Source: a bacterium
GTDB lineage: Bacteria > Margulisbacteria > Marinamargulisbacteria > UBA817 > JAQBTH01
Direction: 5' to 3'
Assembly: GCA_027623425.1 (NCBI GenBank)
Contig: JAQBTH010000003.1
Span: 1 to 55,435, forward strand
DNA length: 55,435 nucleotides
Positions 27,994-39,249 of this stretch are shown here, piece after piece. Every line of letters begins with the position of its first letter. Within the stretch, counting starts at the first letter, position 1. The notes beneath the pieces were generated by a model. The model saw nothing but the letters and a program-made list of their open reading frames with translations, was not told the origin of the DNA and searched no databases. Both the position numbers and the translations under genes were made by a program.

Positions 27994-28395
27994 TTAATAG
28001 ACTTCGCCGATTAACTCGCCGCCAACATTTTGAACACGCGCGTCTCGTCCAGTCATAATTCCTTTATTTGTGGATACAATAGATATACCAAAACCATTCA
28101 ACACTTTAGGTATACGCTTCTTTGGTGCATAAAGACGTTTACCTGGTTTACTAACTCTCTGAATATAAGTAATAGTTGGGTTTCCATCCTCGTTATACTT
28201 TAGTTCAATTCTAATAGCGCGCTTTTTAGCGTCTTGATTCAAGATTTCAAATGAATGAATAAAACCTTCTGCTTTAAGAATTTCAGAAATAGCTACCTTT
28301 GATTTTGAGAAAGGCATAACCACCTCATCATGCCTAGCTTGGAGGCCGTTTCGTATTCGAGTGAACATATCTGCAATAGTATCTGTAACTGCCAT
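27994..28395 (-). CDS. rpsH: 30S ribosomal protein S8
   Basis: DTIADMFTRIRN, RVSKPG.R.Y, VGGE. Confidence 0.98.
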   Translation of the reverse strand: MAVTDTIADMFTRIRNGLQARHDEVVMPFSKSKVAISEILKAEGFIHSFEILNQDAKKRAIRIELKYNEDGNPTITYIQRVSKPGKRLYAPKKRIPKVLNGFGISIVSTNKGIMTGRDARVQNVGGELIGEVY

Positions 28396-28406
28396 GATTT
28401 AACTCC

Positions 28407-28589
28407 TTACCAAGATGATTTGGTTACCCCAGGCAGGTGACCCAGGTTAGCCAATGTGCGAAAACACAGCCGACAAATACCGAAAAATCTCATAAATCCT
28501 CTAGGACGACCGCAAATATTACATCTATTACGATGCTGAGTCGTTCCTTCTTTTCTTTTATTCTTAATAACCATTGATATTTTTGCCAT
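28407..28589 (-). CDS. rpsN: 30S ribosomal protein S14, zinc-binding type Z
   Basis: [10 protein letters not shown]...[15 protein letters not shown]. Confidence 0.97.
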   Translation of the reverse strand: MAKISMVIKNKRKEGTTQHRNRCNICGRPRGFMRFFGICRLCFRTLANLGHLPGVTKSSW

Positions 28590-28601
28590 AATTTACTCCT
28601 A

Positions 28602-29168
28602 CTATGCTGCCTTCTCTACAATAACTGGCTTATGCGCAAATGGCATGCCTAACTGAACCAATAACTCATATGCCTCTTCTTTTGTATGTGCAGAAGTTAC
28701 AAAGGTTATGTCCATTCCTCGAGTTTTGTCCAATTTATCATAGTCAACTTCTGGGAATATAATATCTTCTTTCAGGCCAAGGTTATAATTTCCGTCGCCA
28801 TCAAAGCCTTTATTCGGAACACCTCTAAAGTCACGGATCTTAGGAAGAACAATATTTATTAACTTTGTCAAAAAGTCATACATTTTGTCATCTCGCAATG
28901 TTACTTTACAACCGATTACTTGGTTCTCGCGCAATTTAAAATTAGATATCGCCTTCTTGGAACGCGTTGCCAACGGTTTGTTGCCTGTTATCGCCTGAAA
29001 TTGCTCTAAAGTTAAATCTACACATTTACTATTTGAAGTGGCTTCACCTAAACCGCGGTGAATCACAATTTTTTCAAGCTTTGGCGTTTCCATATCATTG
29101 GAATAACCAAATTTCTCTTTGAGTGCTTTACGTATCTCTGTTTTGTACTTTTCTTTCAACGTTGCCAT
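28602..29168 (-). CDS. rplE: 50S ribosomal protein L5
   Basis: [26 protein letters not shown]. Confidence 0.98.
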   Translation of the reverse strand: MATLKEKYKTEIRKALKEKFGYSNDMETPKLEKIVIHRGLGEATSNSKCVDLTLEQFQAITGNKPLATRSKKAISNFKLRENQVIGCKVTLRDDKMYDFLTKLINIVLPKIRDFRGVPNKGFDGDGNYNLGLKEDIIFPEVDYDKLDKTRGMDITFVTSAHTKEEAYELLVQLGMPFAHKPVIVEKAA

Positions 29169-29180
29169 TACTATTTCTCC

Positions 29181-29489
29181 TTAAAAAAGCTCTCCGCTTA
29201 CTTTTGCCTTGCGCCGCTTCTTACCGTCAACTGTCTCAAAACCGATTGATGTCGGTTTATTTGAACTGGGATCGATAATTTTTGCTTTTGACCAATGAAT
29301 TGGCGCAGGCGACTCAACAATACCGCCATCTTTTTCTTTAGATGCTTTAAGGTGACGCTTGATTATGTTAATGCCTTCAATTGTAATGCGACACTTCTCA
29401 GTGTTCACGTCTAATATTGTGCCTTCTTTTCCGGAATCTTTTCCAGAAATCACAACTACCTTATCGCCTTTTTTATATCGTGTTGCCAT
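29181..29489 (-). CDS. rplX: 50S ribosomal protein L24
   Basis: KKGDKVVVISGKDSGKEG (KOW motif). Confidence 0.97.
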   Translation of the reverse strand: MATRYKKGDKVVVISGKDSGKEGTILDVNTEKCRITIEGINIIKRHLKASKEKDGGIVESPAPIHWSKAKIIDPSSNKPTSIGFETVDGKKRRKAKVSGELF

Positions 29490-29498
29490 ATCTTTCTC

Positions 29499-29867
29499 CT
29501 ATACTACTTCTGGTGCTAGCGAAATAATTTTCATATAGTCGCGATCGCGTAACTCACGAGGAATTGGTCCAAAAATACGTGTTCCTTTAGGGTTTCCATC
29601 AGCATTCACAATTACAACCGAATTTGAATCGAAGGAAACACAGGTTCCATCATTACGCTTGATTTGCCGCTTTGTACGTACAACTACCGCTCTAACAACA
29701 TCGCTTTTTTTAACTTGGCCATTTGGAGAGGCTTTCTTAACAACCGCCACAATAAGGTCTCCAACATAAGCGTATCGTCGTTTGGAACTTCCTAATACCT
29801 TAATGCAAAGAACTTCTTTTGCACCTGAGTTGTCTGCAACTTCTAATCTTGTTTCTTGCTGAATCAT
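29499..29867 (-). CDS. rplN: 50S ribosomal protein L14
   Basis: [25 protein letters not shown]. Confidence 0.98.
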   Translation of the reverse strand: MIQQETRLEVADNSGAKEVLCIKVLGSSKRRYAYVGDLIVAVVKKASPNGQVKKSDVVRAVVVRTKRQIKRNDGTCVSFDSNSVVIVNADGNPKGTRIFGPIPRELRDRDYMKIISLAPEVV

Positions 29868-30145
29868 TACTCTTTATCACTTTCTAATGTACGGGCGCGC
29901 TCAACAATACGAATTACACGCCATTTCTTAGTCTTGCTAATCGGACGAGTGTCCTCAATCTCGACCAAGTCACCCTCATTTGCTTGATTGCCTTGATCAT
30001 GAGCCATAAAACTTTGAGTAAAGTTGATTACTTTTTTATATAGGGCATGCGGTTTGCGGCTTTTAACCTGTACCTTTACAGTGTCCTTACCGGAAACCTT
30101 ACTTACAACTCCTGTGCGTTTACGCCTTAATCCTGTCTTAGTCAT
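29867..30145 (-). CDS. rpsQ: 30S ribosomal protein S17
   Basis: [22 protein letters not shown]; start reassigned to ATG 30145 (SD AAGGAG). Confidence 0.95.
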   Translation of the reverse strand: MTKTGLRRKRTGVVSKVSGKDTVKVQVKSRKPHALYKKVINFTQSFMAHDQGNQANEGDLVEIEDTRPISKTKKWRVIRIVERARTLESDKE

Positions 30146-30338
30146 TTTGAGCAAGCTCCTTTTCACGAATCACGGTTTTAATTTTAGCAATTGTGCGACG
30201 CGCCTTTTTAATTTGAGTCGTGTCTTTAAGGCTGCTGTTGACCAATTGAAATCTCATTGTTGTCAGAGATTGCGTTTGCTCAGATAGCGTTTTGCCCAAA
30301 TCTTGCACGCTTTGTTTTCTTAGATCTTTTAATTCCAT
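30138..30338 (-). CDS. rpmC: 50S ribosomal protein L29
   Basis: LR....DL, MRFQ, IKKARRTIAKIKTV. Confidence 0.95.
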   Translation of the reverse strand: MELKDLRKQSVQDLGKTLSEQTQSLTTMRFQLVNSSLKDTTQIKKARRTIAKIKTVIREKELAQND

Positions 30339-30751
30339 TAGATTTCTTCCTTCACTCGGAATCGCGTTTTAATTGGCAGCTTGTGTGACGCCAATCTAAA
30401 CGCCTCACGAGCTATATCTTCAGCAACTCCGCTCAATTCAAACAACATATGACCAGGCTTAACCTTGGCCGCCCAAAATTCTGGACTACCTTTACCTTTA
30501 CCCATACGTGTTTCAGCTGGGATACGAGTCATGCTTTTATCTGGGAATACACGAATCCAAACTTTACCGCCACGTTTAATATAACGTGTCATCGCGCGTC
30601 TTGCCGCCTCTATTTGTCGGTCGGTCATATAGCACGCACCTTCGGATTGTAACCCAAACGAACCAAAGGATACTTGGTTGCCGCTATGAGCCTTACCTCT
30701 ATTGCGTCCACGTTGTAGCTTTCTGTATTTGGTTTTTTTAGGCTGTAACAT
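30338..30751 (-). CDS. rplP: 50S ribosomal protein L16
   Basis: [24 protein letters not shown]. Confidence 0.98.
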   Translation of the reverse strand: MLQPKKTKYRKLQRGRNRGKAHSGNQVSFGSFGLQSEGACYMTDRQIEAARRAMTRYIKRGGKVWIRVFPDKSMTRIPAETRMGKGKGSPEFWAAKVKPGHMLFELSGVAEDIAREAFRLASHKLPIKTRFRVKEEI

Positions 30752-30765
30752 GTCTTATTCCTCCA

Positions 30766-31467
30766 CTAAGCTACAGAAACAGTGTCTGCTAACACTGAAT
30801 CCACTTGTTGATCCACTACTTCTTGAACTGAGCGTTTGTTGTGTTCAATAATGTCGCCATTATACACCCAAACTTTTACACCGATCTTACCATAAGTGGT
30901 TAGCGCTTCTGAAAAGGCATAATCAATACTTGCACGTAATGTGTGCAATGGAACCTTTCCTTCGCGATACCATTCACTACGCGCAATCTCTACGCCACCT
31001 AATCGACCGGCACAGGCCACTTTAACGCCTTCAGCACCAGCCTTCATCGCCCACTGCACAGCAGCTTTCATTGCACGACGAAACGGAATTCGTTTTTCTA
31101 GCTGCGCACAAATAGACTCCGCTAGAAGTCTCGCGTTTTTCTCTGGGTCCTTCTCTTCAACAATTTTAATATTGACCTTTAGACCTAACTTCTGGCCTAA
31201 CGCTTTACGATGAGCCGTAACAGCCTCGCCACCCTTACCAAGTAGAACACCTGTTCTTGCTGCATGAACAACCACTTCGATAACATCAGCTTTACGATTA
31301 ATACGCAGCTTGGAAACGCCACCTCTTTTAAAATGTTCTTTTACATAGGCACGAATATCACGGTCCACTAAAATATAGCGACTATAATCCTTCTCGGCGT
31401 ACCAGCTACTTTCCCAATCTTCAACGATTCCTAGTCGCAGACCTTTTGGATGTGCTTTTTGTCCCAT
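30766..31467 (-). CDS. rpsC: 30S ribosomal protein S3
   Basis: MGQKAHPKGLRLG, GRLGGVEIARSE, PLHTLRA. Confidence 0.98.
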   Translation of the reverse strand: MGQKAHPKGLRLGIVEDWESSWYAEKDYSRYILVDRDIRAYVKEHFKRGGVSKLRINRKADVIEVVVHAARTGVLLGKGGEAVTAHRKALGQKLGLKVNIKIVEEKDPEKNARLLAESICAQLEKRIPFRRAMKAAVQWAMKAGAEGVKVACAGRLGGVEIARSEWYREGKVPLHTLRASIDYAFSEALTTYGKIGVKVWVYNGDIIEHNKRSVQEVVDQQVDSVLADTVSVA

Positions 31468-31871
31468 TATTTAACTCCTCTGCTTTGTACGCCTACAGTT
31501 ATATGAGACGTTTTCTTTATAATTGGGAAAATACGACCTCTTGCTCTCGCTCTGAATCGAGTGGAATAAGGTCCCTCATCAATTAATAATGTAGAGATAA
31601 CCAAGTTGCCAAGATCTTCTTTATTATTATGCGCCGCATTAGATGCCGCAGATTTAACAACATTATATAATAAATCCGCACCTCTGTGGGATAGGCTTTT
31701 TAATAAGCTCAATGCATGCGTAACAGGTAACCCTCTTACTTCATTAGCAACGCGCCTAATCTTTTTTGCAGACCCTTTTAAAAACTTGGCTTGTGCACGG
31801 ACTTCTTTACCGACAACAACTTGCTTTGCTTTAGACTTTGTATTTGACACTTTTTTTGTTTTAGTCGCCAT
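31467..31871 (-). CDS. rplV: 50S ribosomal protein L22
   Basis: S.KK.R.VA..VRG, SAASNA, RARGR, SHIT; Lys-rich N-terminal extension. Confidence 0.96.
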   Translation of the reverse strand: MATKTKKVSNTKSKAKQVVVGKEVRAQAKFLKGSAKKIRRVANEVRGLPVTHALSLLKSLSHRGADLLYNVVKSAASNAAHNNKEDLGNLVISTLLIDEGPYSTRFRARARGRIFPIIKKTSHITVGVQSRGVK

Positions 31872-31882
31872 GATAATCTCCT

Positions 31883-32149
31883 CTATTTCCTATGACCTGC
31901 ATGGGAACGGAATGTGCGAGTATACACAAACTCACCCAACTTATGACCAATCATGTCTTCTGAAACAAATACAGGTATATGTTTCTGCCCATTATAAACG
32001 GCGATTGTATGACCAATCATATCTGGCAATACCGTAGAACGACGCGACCAAGTCTTTATCATCTTTTTAACGCCTGCTTCATTCATAACTTCTATTTTCT
32101 TTAGTAGGTGTCCGTCCACAAACGGTCCTTTTTTAAGTGATCTTCCCAT
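31883..32149 (-). CDS. rpsS: 30S ribosomal protein S19
   Basis: [22 protein letters not shown]. Confidence 0.98.
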   Translation of the reverse strand: MGRSLKKGPFVDGHLLKKIEVMNEAGVKKMIKTWSRRSTVLPDMIGHTIAVYNGQKHIPVFVSEDMIGHKLGEFVYTRTFRSHAGHRK

Positions 32150-32158
32150 TGTGCTCTC

Positions 32159-32986
32159 CTATTTCCTACGCTTCACAATATGACTAGTACTACGCTTCTT
32201 GCGATTACGAGTAATCTTACCAAGCGCCTTTTTGCCCCAAGGGGTCAAAGGACCAGAGCGCCCGATAGGAGCCCGACCTTCACCACCACCATGCGGGTGA
32301 TCGCAAGGGTTCATAACAGACCCTCTAACAGTGGGCCTTCTACCTAACTTACGCGCCGTACCAGCATTACCTAGAACAGTATTTCGTTTCTCTTGATTAC
32401 CTACCTGCCCAAGCGTTGCGCGACATCTACCATCGACTAAACGAACTTCGCCAGAAGGCATTTTTAATGTCACATACTTTGGATTACGGGCCATCAACAC
32501 GATGCTCACTCCGGCACTACGACCAAGTTGGGCACCACGTCCGGGATGAAGCTCTACATTATGAACAATACTTCCTACAGGAATATCTTTCATTTCTAAT
32601 GTATTACCCTGCCTAATTGGTGCTTCTGCACCAGAATTGACTTCGTCGCCCACCTTCATTTTTTGTGTTGCAACAATATATCTTTTTTCACCATCTTTAT
32701 AAAAGACAAGCGCAATATTAGCACTGCGATTTGGATCATACTCAATTGACTTTACTAGTCCAGGCACGCCATCCTTATTGCGTTTAAAGTCGATCTCGCG
32801 GAAACGGCGCTTCGCACCACCGCCACGATGCCGAACAGTTAATCTGCCCGAGCTATTGCGGCCGGCATGCTTTTTAGAGCGTCGGATAAGTGATTTCTCC
32901 GGCGTTTTTGTTGTAATTTCTTCAAAATCCAAAACTTGTTTGGTTCGAAGAGCTGGTGATGTTGGTTTATAATTTCTAGTTCCCAT
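32159..32986 (-). CDS. rplB: 50S ribosomal protein L2
   Basis: [26 protein letters not shown]. Confidence 0.99.
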   Translation of the reverse strand: MGTRNYKPTSPALRTKQVLDFEEITTKTPEKSLIRRSKKHAGRNSSGRLTVRHRGGGAKRRFREIDFKRNKDGVPGLVKSIEYDPNRSANIALVFYKDGEKRYIVATQKMKVGDEVNSGAEAPIRQGNTLEMKDIPVGSIVHNVELHPGRGAQLGRSAGVSIVLMARNPKYVTLKMPSGEVRLVDGRCRATLGQVGNQEKRNTVLGNAGTARKLGRRPTVRGSVMNPCDHPHGGGEGRAPIGRSGPLTPWGKKALGKITRNRKKRSTSHIVKRRK

Positions 32987-32996
32987 GGCTAACCTC

Positions 32997-33281
32997 TTAG
33001 AATAGATCCTTGACAGTGTCTATAGACTGTCCTTCGGCTAACGTCACGATTGCTTTTTTGCGATCTGACGTTCTCCCTACAATACGACCTCTGCGGCGTT
33101 TTTTACCTGGTGATTTTGTAATATTTACTTTTTCAACCTTGGCACCAAAACGTGACTCAATAAACTGCCTAATCTGAATTTTATTTGCGTCTTCAGTTAC
33201 AAAGAAAGCATATTTATTAACGGCAATTTGTTCTGCCGTTTTCTCTGTAATAATAGGCGATACTAATACTTCGCTACTCAT
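32997..33281 (-). CDS. rplW: 50S ribosomal protein L23
   Basis: PIITEK, ANKIQI, KKAIVTL. Confidence 0.97.
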   Translation of the reverse strand: MSSEVLVSPIITEKTAEQIAVNKYAFFVTEDANKIQIRQFIESRFGAKVEKVNITKSPGKKRRRGRIVGRTSDRKKAIVTLAEGQSIDTVKDLF

Positions 33282-33904
33282 GATTTAAATGTCTCCTTAA
33301 TAACCTCAAACGCTTCCTTCTCTACATATACCACATCCGCGTCCAACAGTTCATTCACATCCAGTGAGATAGGCGTTGCAATTAAACTGTTCTTAATATT
33401 ACGACAGGCCCAATAAAGCGGAGAGTCAAAATCGCCAATTACAAACAAAGCTCGCTTCGCATCTGCAACAGCGGTCTTCATAATTAGCGCCTGAACTTCT
33501 TTAGTCTTACAGGCATCCTTAGGGGCATCCACTACAATTACCGCATCGTTACGGGAATTAAACACATAATTGATTGTTCTACGAGCAAATCGCTTATTAA
33601 TATCTTTAGAATGACTACGTGGAGATGGTCCAAAAATAACACCACCACCAACTCTCAAAGGAGTACGGTTAGTACCACGACGCGCACGCCCAGTACCTTT
33701 TTGCTTATACGGCTTAGCGCCCCCACCTCTTACAGCAGCACGATTCTTACATGAATGAGTACCCTGCTGGCGAGTTGACCGTTGATAATTGGCAACCGTC
33801 CATAACCAATGATCTACATTGGCCTTTTTTTCATCAAACGACACATCAGGAAGGGTATCCTTGCCGAGTTCTTTTCCTTTAATATCTACAATTTTAAATT
33901 CCAT
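33278..33904 (-). CDS. rplD: 50S ribosomal protein L4
   Basis: GGGAKPYKQKGTGRARRG, GGGVIFGP. Confidence 0.97.
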   Translation of the reverse strand: MEFKIVDIKGKELGKDTLPDVSFDEKKANVDHWLWTVANYQRSTRQQGTHSCKNRAAVRGGGAKPYKQKGTGRARRGTNRTPLRVGGGVIFGPSPRSHSKDINKRFARRTINYVFNSRNDAVIVVDAPKDACKTKEVQALIMKTAVADAKRALFVIGDFDSPLYWACRNIKNSLIATPISLDVNELLDADVVYVEKEAFEVIKETFKS

Positions 33905-33929
33905 AATCTAAATCTCCTAAAACTCGGCC

Positions 33930-34553
33930 TTAGGCCGCCTCTATCTCAAGAATGCCGTTTCGCTTACCAGGGACAGCGCCCTTAACGAATAGCAGATTCT
34001 TACTCGCATCGACCTTTACCACCGCGAGGTTGCGTATTGTTACATTATCATTACCGTACCGTCCAGCCATTTTTTTACCTTTAAGTACACGGCCAGGTGT
34101 AGTACCTGCGCCAATAGAACCCGTGATACGGTGTGACTTGGAGCCATGAGTCATAGGTCCTCGACGGAAATTCCACCGCTTAATTGTACCCGCAAATCCA
34201 CGACCGATAGTTCGACCGCGCACATTAACTTTTGTTTGTGGCTCGAAAGTAGTTGCGGAAATATCCTGCCCCACTTCGACACCGTGCTGCTCGTCTGTAC
34301 GAAACTCGCTAAGAATACGGTAAGCACCCACTTTTTGTTTCTTAAAGAAACCTTGCAGCGGCTTAGACACTTTCTTTTCATCTATAGATACAAAACCCAA
34401 AAGAACGGACGAGTAACCATCGCGTTCTGGAGTTTGAATTTTAACAACCTTGCATGGGCCTGCTTCAATTACAGTTACGGGAATAACTTCCCCATCCTCT
34501 GTAATTAATGAGGTCATACCAATTTTTTTACCAAGTAAGAATTTTTTACTCAT
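33930..34553 (-). CDS. rplC: 50S ribosomal protein L3
   Basis: LGKKIGMT, PVTVI, HGSKSHR..GSIG, KGAVPG. Confidence 0.98.
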   Translation of the reverse strand: MSKKFLLGKKIGMTSLITEDGEVIPVTVIEAGPCKVVKIQTPERDGYSSVLLGFVSIDEKKVSKPLQGFFKKQKVGAYRILSEFRTDEQHGVEVGQDISATTFEPQTKVNVRGRTIGRGFAGTIKRWNFRRGPMTHGSKSHRITGSIGAGTTPGRVLKGKKMAGRYGNDNVTIRNLAVVKVDASKNLLFVKGAVPGKRNGILEIEAA

Positions 34554-34626
34554 AATAACACCTTAATTTAATCGTCATTCACTTTATAAGCCAGAGGACG
34601 ATGATATAACAAACGAGCTGACTAGT

Positions 34627-34953
34627 TTAGTTCAGTCTGATCTCGATGTCAACACCTGCCGGTAAGTCTAATCCCATCAAAGCATCAATCGTAGTTGATG
34701 GCGGATCCACAATCTCTATTAAACGCTTGTGGATACGCACTTCGTAATGCTCTCCTCCACGCTTATCGACGTGAGGTGATTTCAATACACACCATACACG
34801 CTTACGAGTAGGAAGCGGCACTGGGCCAAGCACTTTCGCGCCTGACCGCTGCGCAGTTTCAACAATCTTCGCTGCAGATTGGTCGATAAGGCGACTGTCA
34901 AATGCCTTTAGACGAATCCGTATTTTTTGATTTGCTTTAGTTTTAGTTGCCAC
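34627..34953 (-). CDS. rpsJ: 30S ribosomal protein S10
   Basis: [30 protein letters not shown]. Confidence 0.98.
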   Translation of the reverse strand: MATKTKANQKIRIRLKAFDSRLIDQSAAKIVETAQRSGAKVLGPVPLPTRKRVWCVLKSPHVDKRGGEHYEVRIHKRLIEIVDPPSTTIDALMGLDLPAGVDIEIRLN

Positions 34954-34961
34954 AGTTATTC

Positions 34962-36164
34962 CTACTTAATGATCTTGGTTACAACGCCAGCGCCAACTGT
35001 ACGTCCACCTTCGCGAATCGCGAAGCGTAACCCTTCTTCACATGCTACCGGTACAATTAATTCAACGACCATCTTGATGTTGTCGCCTGGCATTACCATC
35101 TCAACATCTGCCGGTAATTCCACATTACCAGTTACATCCGTTGTACGGATATAAAACTGTGGACGGTAACCTTTAAAGAATGGTGTGTGGCGTCCGCCTT
35201 CTTCCTTCTTCAAGATATACACTTCCGCTTCAAATATGGTGTGAGGCTTGATTGAACCCGGCTTACAAATAACTTGTCCGCGACTCAAATCCTCTTTCTC
35301 AACACCACGTAATAGCGCACCCATGTTGTCGCCAGCTTGGCCTTCGTCTAATAATTTACGGAACATCTCGATTCCTGTAATAGTTGATTTCACAACAGCC
35401 TCTTGCATACCAACGATCTCAACCTCGTCTCCAACTTTGATGGTACCGCGCTCTACACGACCAGTACCTACTGTACCACGACCTGTGATTGAGAATACGT
35501 CCTCAATTGGCATCAAAAATGGCTTATCTTTATCACGAACTGGTTCTGGAATGTAGTTATCTACCGCATCCATCAATTCCCAAATACATTTCGCATCTGC
35601 GCTCTCACGGCTCTTATCTGTGGCCTCTAGCGCTTTTAATGCTGACCCTTTAATGAAAGGAATATCATCGCCTGGAAAATCGTACTTGCTCAATAGCTCA
35701 CGAAGCTCCATTTCAACTAATTCTAATAACTCTGGATCGTCTACTTGATCCGTTTTGTTCATAAATACAACTATACTAGGTACGTTTACCTGACGCGCTA
35801 GCAAGATGTGCTCACGCGTTTGTGGCATTGGACCATCAGCTGCACTTACAACCAAGATTCCACCGTCCATTTGTGCCGCACCCGTAATCATGTTTTTGAT
35901 ATAATCCGCGTGTCCTGGACAATCCACATGGGCATAATGACGTTTTTCTGTTTGGTACTCAACGTGTGCTGTTGCAATGGTAATACCGCGCGCCTTTTCT
36001 TCTGGGGCTGCGTCTATCTGGTCATACGCTCTTGCCTCTGCAAATCCCACGCTTGCCAATGTTGTAGTAATCGCCGCTGTTAGTGTCGTTTTACCATGGT
36101 CAACGTGACCTATGGTCCCGATATTTACATGTGGTTTACTACGATCAAATTTTTCTTTCGCCAT
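34962..36164 (-). CDS. tuf: Elongation factor Tu
   Basis: [31 protein letters not shown]. Confidence 0.99.
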   Translation of the reverse strand: MAKEKFDRSKPHVNIGTIGHVDHGKTTLTAAITTTLASVGFAEARAYDQIDAAPEEKARGITIATAHVEYQTEKRHYAHVDCPGHADYIKNMITGAAQMDGGILVVSAADGPMPQTREHILLARQVNVPSIVVFMNKTDQVDDPELLELVEMELRELLSKYDFPGDDIPFIKGSALKALEATDKSRESADAKCIWELMDAVDNYIPEPVRDKDKPFLMPIEDVFSITGRGTVGTGRVERGTIKVGDEVEIVGMQEAVVKSTITGIEMFRKLLDEGQAGDNMGALLRGVEKEDLSRGQVICKPGSIKPHTIFEAEVYILKKEEGGRHTPFFKGYRPQFYIRTTDVTGNVELPADVEMVMPGDNIKMVVELIVPVACEEGLRFAIREGGRTVGAGVVTKIIK

Positions 36165-36188
36165 CGTTAATCTCCTTCTATCTTTTCT

Positions 36189-38285
36189 TTAGTCTTTGCT
36201 TGACGCTTTATTACTGCGTTCCGACAAAATTGTTTCATAAATTGTTTTAGGCACATCACTATACCCAAAAAACTGCATGGTGTAAACACCGCGACCCTGC
36301 GTGGATGAACGTAGAGATGTGGCATATCCAAACATATCAGCCAAAGGTACTTTAGCCTTAACAATCTGAAGACCCATTTTAGTCTCCATTTGCTCAATCT
36401 TACCCTTTCGTGAATTCAAGTCTGAAATCACGTCTCCCGAATTTATTTCAGGGGCTTCAACTTCAACAGCCATTATCGGTTCGAGGATGGTATGATCAGC
36501 AGATTTTACAGCATCCTTGATCGCATATTGAGCCGCCACTTGGAACGCGATATCTGAAGAGTCAACAGGGTGAAAGGACCCATCAAGAACCGTCACCTTA
36601 ACATCAACAACAGGGAAGCCTGCTTTAATTCCAGTTTGAAAAAGATTCTTAGCGCCTTTTTCTACGGACGGAATGAATTCACGTGGGATGCGACCACCAA
36701 CAACTTTGGAAACAAACTCAAAGCCTTTTCCAGTTTCATTTGGCTCTATTTCTAATACAACGTGCCCATATTGGCCTCGTCCACCTGTTTGCTTGATGAA
36801 CTTACCTTCGCCCTTCGCCTTCTTACGAATAGACTCTTTATAAGACACCTGTGGTTTACCTATGTTCGCCTCAACGTTAAACTCTCGCATAAGACGATCA
36901 ACAATAATCTCAAGATGCAGCTCTCCCATACCTGAAATGATGGTTTGGTTTGTATCCTGATCGGTTGAATAGATGAACGTAGGATCTTCGTCACCTAACT
37001 TTTCTAAAGAAGTTCCTAGTTTTTCCTGATCTGCTTTTGTTTTTGGTTCAATCGCAACAAAGATTACCGGTTCTGGGAATTCAATGTTTTCCAGAATAAT
37101 TTGTTTGTCTTGATCGCAAAGGGTGTCACCAGTGGTGGTATCTTTCAAACCAATAATCGCAATGATATCGCCGGCTTCTGCTTTTGTGATTTCTTCACGT
37201 GTGTTTGCGTGCATCTGCAAAATACGCCCTACTCGTTCACGTTTGCCTTTGGTGGAATTCTGAATGTAGGTTCCTGGTAACAATGTGCCTGAATAAATAC
37301 GTGTGAAGGTTAAGCGACCAACAAACGGATCTGTTGCAATTTTAAATGCTAAAGACGCTAATGGACCCGTTTCAGAAGGTTCACGGAATATCTCTTCGCC
37401 ATCTGGGCTTTCGCCTTTAACGGCACCCACATCAATTGGTGAGGGAAGGTAAAATCCAACGGCATCTAGTAGTGGTTGCACACCTTTGTTCTTAAAGGCT
37501 GTTCCGCACAATGCAGGAATAATTTCACCCGCAAGAGTGCGCATACGAATGCCTTTTTTAATTTGATCTTCCGTAAGCTCGCCGTTTTCGAGGAAGGCCT
37601 CTAGCAAATCGTCAGATGCTTCTGCAGCAACTTCCATTAACACAGCGCGATACTTTTCGTATACTTCTTGATTTTCTGGGGAAATCTCTCTGTCTTCGAA
37701 CTTCGCGCCAAGCTCTTCACCAAAATAATGAACTTCCTTACCGCGAACCAAGTCAATAACACCTGCAAAGCCTGATTCTGCACCGATTGGCAGATTCAGA
37801 GCAACTGGATTGGCATTCAGATTCTTACGAATCATACTAAGAACATTATAGAAGTCGGCTCCAGTGCGGTCCATTTTATTCACGAATGCAATACGAGGTA
37901 CTTTGTATTTCACCGCTTGGCGCCATACCGTCTCGGATTGAGGCTGAACACCTGCAACACCGCAGAAAACAGCTACCATACCATCAAGTACGCGTAACGA
38001 ACGCTCTACTTCAACAGTGAAGTCCACGTGACCTGGAGTGTCAATAATATTGATATTAATATCTTTCCAGAAACATGTTGTTGCCGCGGACGTGATTGTA
38101 ATACCACGTTCTTGCTCTTGTGCCATCCAGTCCATTGTCGCATTTCCGTCATGAACCTCACCAATTTTGTGTGAACGGCCCGTATAAAATAGAATGCGCT
38201 CAGTTAAAGTTGTCTTACCCGCATCAATGTGGGCAGCAATACCAATATTACGTAAATTTAATAGTCTTTTTTTGGGGTCGCTCAT
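36189..38285 (-). CDS. fusA: Elongation factor G
   Basis: [39 protein letters not shown]. Confidence 0.99.
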   Translation of the reverse strand: MSDPKKRLLNLRNIGIAAHIDAGKTTLTERILFYTGRSHKIGEVHDGNATMDWMAQEQERGITITSAATTCFWKDININIIDTPGHVDFTVEVERSLRVLDGMVAVFCGVAGVQPQSETVWRQAVKYKVPRIAFVNKMDRTGADFYNVLSMIRKNLNANPVALNLPIGAESGFAGVIDLVRGKEVHYFGEELGAKFEDREISPENQEVYEKYRAVLMEVAAEASDDLLEAFLENGELTEDQIKKGIRMRTLAGEIIPALCGTAFKNKGVQPLLDAVGFYLPSPIDVGAVKGESPDGEEIFREPSETGPLASLAFKIATDPFVGRLTFTRIYSGTLLPGTYIQNSTKGKRERVGRILQMHANTREEITKAEAGDIIAIIGLKDTTTGDTLCDQDKQIILENIEFPEPVIFVAIEPKTKADQEKLGTSLEKLGDEDPTFIYSTDQDTNQTIISGMGELHLEIIVDRLMREFNVEANIGKPQVSYKESIRKKAKGEGKFIKQTGGRGQYGHVVLEIEPNETGKGFEFVSKVVGGRIPREFIPSVEKGAKNLFQTGIKAGFPVVDVKVTVLDGSFHPVDSSDIAFQVAAQYAIKDAVKSADHTILEPIMAVEVEAPEINSGDVISDLNSRKGKIEQMETKMGLQIVKAKVPLADMFGYATSLRSSTQGRGVYTMQFFGYSDVPKTIYETILSERSNKASSKD

Positions 38286-38315
38286 ATTAGCTCCTGTTTT
38301 CGAATGTGTGCAATA

Positions 38316-38786
38316 TTACCAACGGAAGTGAGCAAATGCTTTATTTGCTTCTGCCATTTTGTGAGTATCTTCACGCTTCTTTACAGATGTACCAACATTG
38401 TTGAACGCATCTATTAATTCCTGTGAAAGCTTACTTACCATGGAGCGACCGGAACGTTTACGAGCATACTCGATAATCCATTTCATTGCCAAAGCAATAG
38501 CGCGAGGCTGACGCACTTCGATAGGTACTTGATAGGTAGATCCACCAACTCGACGGGATTTAACTTCCATCAATGGCATTACATTTTTAATCGCTGTATT
38601 AAACGCATCAATCGGCGTTTCTTTTGTTTCTTCTGCTAATTTAAGAAGACAGCTATACACGATGCCTTCAGCAGTAGACTTTTTACCCTGCAACATAACG
38701 CGGTTAATAAACTTTGTTATATTTGGGCTACCATACTTACTGTCTGGGAGATGAACTCGTTTGAAATCCTTACGACGCCTTGTCAT
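38316..38786 (-). CDS. rpsG: 30S ribosomal protein S7
   Basis: [24 protein letters not shown]. Confidence 0.99.
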   Translation of the reverse strand: MTRRRKDFKRVHLPDSKYGSPNITKFINRVMLQGKKSTAEGIVYSCLLKLAEETKETPIDAFNTAIKNVMPLMEVKSRRVGGSTYQVPIEVRQPRAIALAMKWIIEYARKRSGRSMVSKLSQELIDAFNNVGTSVKKREDTHKMAEANKAFAHFRW

Positions 38787-38790
38787 TTAC

Positions 38791-39174
38791 CTAGCTCTCC
38801 TTTTTCTTTGGACGCTTTGCACCGTACTTGGAGCGTCCTTGATTACGGTTATTTACACCTTCAGTGTCTAGTGTTCCACGCACTGTGTGATAACGTACAC
38901 CAGGTAAATCTTTCACACGTCCGCCACGAATCATAATAACGGAGTGTTCTTGTAGATTATGCCCTTCGCCTGGGATATAAGTCGTAACCTCCACGCCAGT
39001 CGTTAGACGGACACGGGCCACTTTACGCAAAGCCGAGTTTGGCTTTTTAGGAGTAGTTGTATACACTTTTGTACACACCCCTCGACGTTGAGGACAGTTC
39101 TTTAGAGCGGGAGATTTTCCCTTCTTCTTAATTATTTTTCGTTTTTTGCGTAATAGCTGATTCGTTGTTGGCAC
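38791..39174 (-). CDS. rpsL: 30S ribosomal protein S12
   Basis: [20 protein letters not shown]. Confidence 0.99.
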   Translation of the reverse strand: MPTTNQLLRKKRKIIKKKGKSPALKNCPQRRGVCTKVYTTTPKKPNSALRKVARVRLTTGVEVTTYIPGEGHNLQEHSVIMIRGGRVKDLPGVRYHTVRGTLDTEGVNNRNQGRSKYGAKRPKKKES

Positions 39175-39210
39175 GACTTTTCTCCTTAACTTTTTTCAAT
39201 GAGGTTGAAG

Positions 39211-39239
39211 ATGTTAGCTTTTTTATGATTAAAAGTCAA
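39211..39239 (-). promoter_or_regulatory. Sigma70-type promoter for the str operon
   Basis: TTGACT-N17-TAACAT between rpoC and rpsL. Confidence 0.65.
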
Positions 39240-39249
39240 CTTCTTTTTA

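Noticed and set aside
36167-36397. Alternative-frame ORF over the fusA 3-prime end
   Set aside because: EF-G is complete in its own frame and this ORF has no recognisable features.
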